This document shows, piece by piece, positions 61,110 through 64,000 of a stretch of DNA of 64,000 nt. The first letter of the stretch is position 1; every line of letters starts with the position of its first letter. The DNA comes from Octopus vulgaris (taxonomy: Eukaryota). The position numbers were made by a program, and so were the translations under genes. The stretch is taken from the NCBI GenBank assembly GCA_951406725.2, contig OX597826.1, positions 29,574,001-29,638,000 of the forward strand. Reading direction: 5' to 3'. Below the pieces are notes generated by a model. That model had not been told where the DNA came from, did no database searches, and worked only from the letters and a program-made list of their open reading frames with translations.

Positions 61110-61269
61110 CCGTATCTTAACGTGTATAAGGAAACACCCAATTTTTTGTGCTTAAAATTTGGAAAAAAGGTTTTGTAAGGGATTATAATACTATCCATGT
61201 ATAAGTAACTCCCGTAATTTTTTAACCTAATTTTGACAAAAAAGGGTCCCTTATACATGTTAAATACGG
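61110..61269. mobile_element. pogo/Tigger-like MITE nested in a piggyBac-like MITE
   Basis: TA-CCGTATCTTAACGTGTATAAGG ... CCTTATACATGTTAAATACGG-TA. Confidence 0.8.
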
Positions 61270-61354
61270 TAATATGAAATTTTGAGGGAAGAGTTTAATT
61301 TATACTGATCACTTTAAAACAGGAAGATTTTATCTTTGTATCTCAAAACCAGGG

Positions 61355-61486
61355 ACAGTTTTAGGCAGGTTCGTTTTAAAAGGGGTAAATCATGTCAGTT
61401 TTAGGCAGGCTGGTTTTAAAAGGGGTAAATCATGACAGTTTTAGGCAGGCTGGTTTTAAAAGGGGTAAATCATGACAGTTTTAGGC
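61355..61486. repeat. 40-bp tandem repeat x3 derived from a MITE terminus
   Basis: CAGTTTTAGGCAGGCTGGTTTTAAAAGGGGTAAATCATG units. Confidence 0.9.
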
Positions 61487-61800
61487 CACCTCCTGTACCT
61501 TCACCTTAGAACTATCATGGCATCTGATGTGGCTTTTCAAACCAGACAATGTTCTGAAAACACACCCATATAGAGCTGCAGATAAGTTCTGATCTTTATT
61601 GATCTTAAAATGTCTTTTGAGGCCTCTGTTAGATTTGCAAACCTTCTGGCATACATTGCATTCAAAAGTGTGCACAGACATATAGGCAGAATAGTTGGTG
61701 GAGGTTCCTTTTTCATGGGTTCGCAAATGAGATTTGAGCCCAGCAAAAGAAAGGCGTGGTCTGTCACAAACTCTATGTGTGGGTGTGTGTTTGAAAGTCT
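61481..61800 (-). pseudogene. Degenerate triple C2H2 zinc-finger fragment, probably a retrotransposon C-terminus
   Basis: AGLKSHLRTH, CNVCQKVCKSNRGLKRH, FRTLSGLKSHIRCH; no TGEKP linkers. Confidence 0.5.
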
Positions 61801-62424
61801 ATGAGAATTACTTAATACAGTTTTTGATGTGTACAGGTGATTTTTTTAAAAAAAGTTATTAAAAAAAAATAGGCACAGGAGTGGCTGTGTGGTAAGTAGC
61901 TTGCTAACCAACCACATGGTTCCAGGTTCAGTCCCACTGCGTGGCATCTTGGGCAAGTGTCTTCTGCTATAGCCCCGGGCTGACCAATGCCTTGTGAGTG
62001 GATTTGGTAGACGGAAACTGAAAGAAGCCTGTCGTATATATGTATATATATATATGTATATGTGTGTGTTTGTGTGGCTGTGTTTGTCCCCCTAGCATTG
62101 CTTGACAACTGATGCTGGTGTGTTTACGTCTCCGTCACTTAGCGATTCGGCAAAAGAGACCTATAGAATAAGTACTGGGCTTACAAAGAATAAGTCCCGG
62201 GGTCGATTTGCTTGACTAAAGGCTGTGCTCCAGCATGGCCGCAGTCAGATGACTGAAACAAGTAAAAGAGTATTAAATCTATTATGAGGATGTTACTAAT
62301 CATTTTTGAGAAGAACTCTTTTTCTAGTGTGTGAGTGCTTTTGTTTAATCTTCTATATATGTATGAGAGAGTGCATGTTTAAGGAGAAACAGGAGAAATA
62401 GAGCTCCAGATGGCTAAGTAGATC

Positions 62425-62465
<41 letters not shown>

Positions 62466-63215
62466 ATTTAACTTTAAATCTACACCAGTGGTTTAAGTTT
62501 CACGTGTTACATTTATACAGAACCTCTCAGAACTTGGGTTATATAGATCAACTGGGCAAGTAACAAAAGAAATTTGTATGTGTGTGTATAAGCATGTATT
62601 ATATATATATGTATACATGTATGAATTATATGTATGCATGTATGTATCTGTGTGCATATGTATTTGTGTGTATGAATGTATATGTATGTATGAATGTGTA
62701 TGTATGTACGAATGTGTCTGTGTATGTATGCATGAATATATATATGTATGCATAATGTACATATTTATGTATATGTATGTGTATATATCTATGTATATAT
62801 GTGATGATGATGATAATAAATATGTTTGTATATACACACACACATATACACTCACATACACACATATTTTAAAATTTTATTTATTTTAACATAAAACTAA
62901 TTACATACAATAATAGTATACACACAGTACTTCTTATATGTCACGGCGACCTTGTTTATTGAGTTGAGCAAAATATTCCGAGCATTTGGGAGAAGGAGAG
63001 AGAGAGAGAGAACTGGGTTAAGTTTTCCCAAGTATAAAATCACAAATTTGAACCCTGTTATTTTTGTGTTTGAATGATTTATTAAGAACTTGCTGATATG
63101 CTTGGTGGTCTTGGGTATGAATTTATATATGGTGCTTGTCGAGTGATTTGTGGGAAAACTCACAATCATTATATGTATGTAAATGTTAGTGTGTGTATAT
63201 ATATATATATATATA

Positions 63216-63279
63216 TGGTAGCCCCTCAACTATTGTGGGGGTTACATCCCCCCCTCCTGCAATAGTTGAGGGATTACTG
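63216..63279. mobile_element. Tiny palindromic MITE (Tigger-like termini)
   Basis: GTAGCCCCTCAACTATTGTGGG / CCTGCAATAGTTGAGGGATTAC. Confidence 0.6.
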
Positions 63280-63309
63280 TGTGTGTGTGTATATATATAT
63301 ATGTATTTA

Positions 63310-63705
63310 TATCATCATCATCGTTTAACGTCCCCTTTCCATGCTAGCATCGGTTGGGTGATTTGACTGAGGACTAGCAAACCAGATGGCTGCACCAAGG
63401 CTCCAATCTTGATCTGGCAGAATTTCTAAAGCTGGATGCCCTTCCTAAAGCCAACCACTTCGAGAGTGTAGTGGGTACTTTTTTGTGCCACTGGCACGAG
63501 GACCAATCTAGTGGTACTGGCAATGGCCACGCTCAAATGATATTTTTTACGTGCCATCTGCACATGAGCCAATCCAGCGGCCCTGGCAACGACCTTGCTC
63601 AAATGTTTTTTCACATGCCATCAGCACAAGTGCCAGTAAGACGATGCTGGTAACGATCACACTCGAATGGTGCTTTCTACGTGCCACCGGCACAGAAGCC
63701 TGTTA
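63310..63705 (-). mobile_element. RTE 3' end with hairpin-unit array
   Basis: Colinear with 10213-10620. Confidence 0.85.
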
Positions 63706-63891
63706 GCATATATATATACATATATCGGCGCAGGAGTGGCTGTGTGGTAAGTAGCTTGTTTACCAACCACATGGTTCCGGGTTCAGTCCCACTGCGTGGC
63801 ACCTTGGGCAAGTGTCTTCTACTATCGTCTCGGGCTGACCAAAGCCTTGTGAGCGGATTTGGTAAACAGAAACTGAAAGAAGCCCGTCGTA

Positions 63892-63935
<44 letters not shown>

Positions 63936-64000
63936 TGTCTGTGTTTGTCCCACTAGCATTGCTTGACAACCAATGCTGGTGTGTTTATGTCCCCGTTACT

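Noticed and set aside
61481-61800. Exon of a host C2H2 zinc-finger gene
   Set aside because: Fingers are degenerate, lack TGEKP linkers, and carry the GL.SH.R.H pattern typical of retrotransposon C-termini.

Overview
Eukaryotic, repeat-dominated animal DNA. The SINE families, (TA)n/(CA)n/(GAT)n microsatellites and LINE types point to a coleoid cephalopod, probably Octopus; this is recognition, not a database result. Main contents: (1) a nearly full-length, frameshifted RTE LINE on the minus strand (1-~3935) with a PHD finger in its ORF, plus many 5'-truncated RTE 3' ends; (2) the probable 5' exons of an unidentified host gene (5.2-6.6 kb, + strand), so most of the window may be intron; (3) a full-length decayed mariner (12145-13406); (4) a young CR1/L2-group LINE family (CCCH-finger ORF1, APE-RT ORF2, (ATCA)n tail) that is consistently flanked by (TA)n and shares its 3' stem-loop with the most abundant SINE; (5) at least four tRNA-derived SINE types and several MITE/HINE families; (6) Penelope-like remnants with minimal hammerhead ribozyme motifs. 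The most unusual observation is a hammerhead-like core at 40508-40569 whose three strands occur in a non-circularly-permuted (pseudoknotted) order inside a larger closed RNA fold. Assembly caveats: 30.6-43.1 kb holds kb-scale (TA)n tracts and garbled consensus, and 44046-47589 is duplicated across a 100-N gap. No CRISPR array, rRNA or real tRNA gene was seen.
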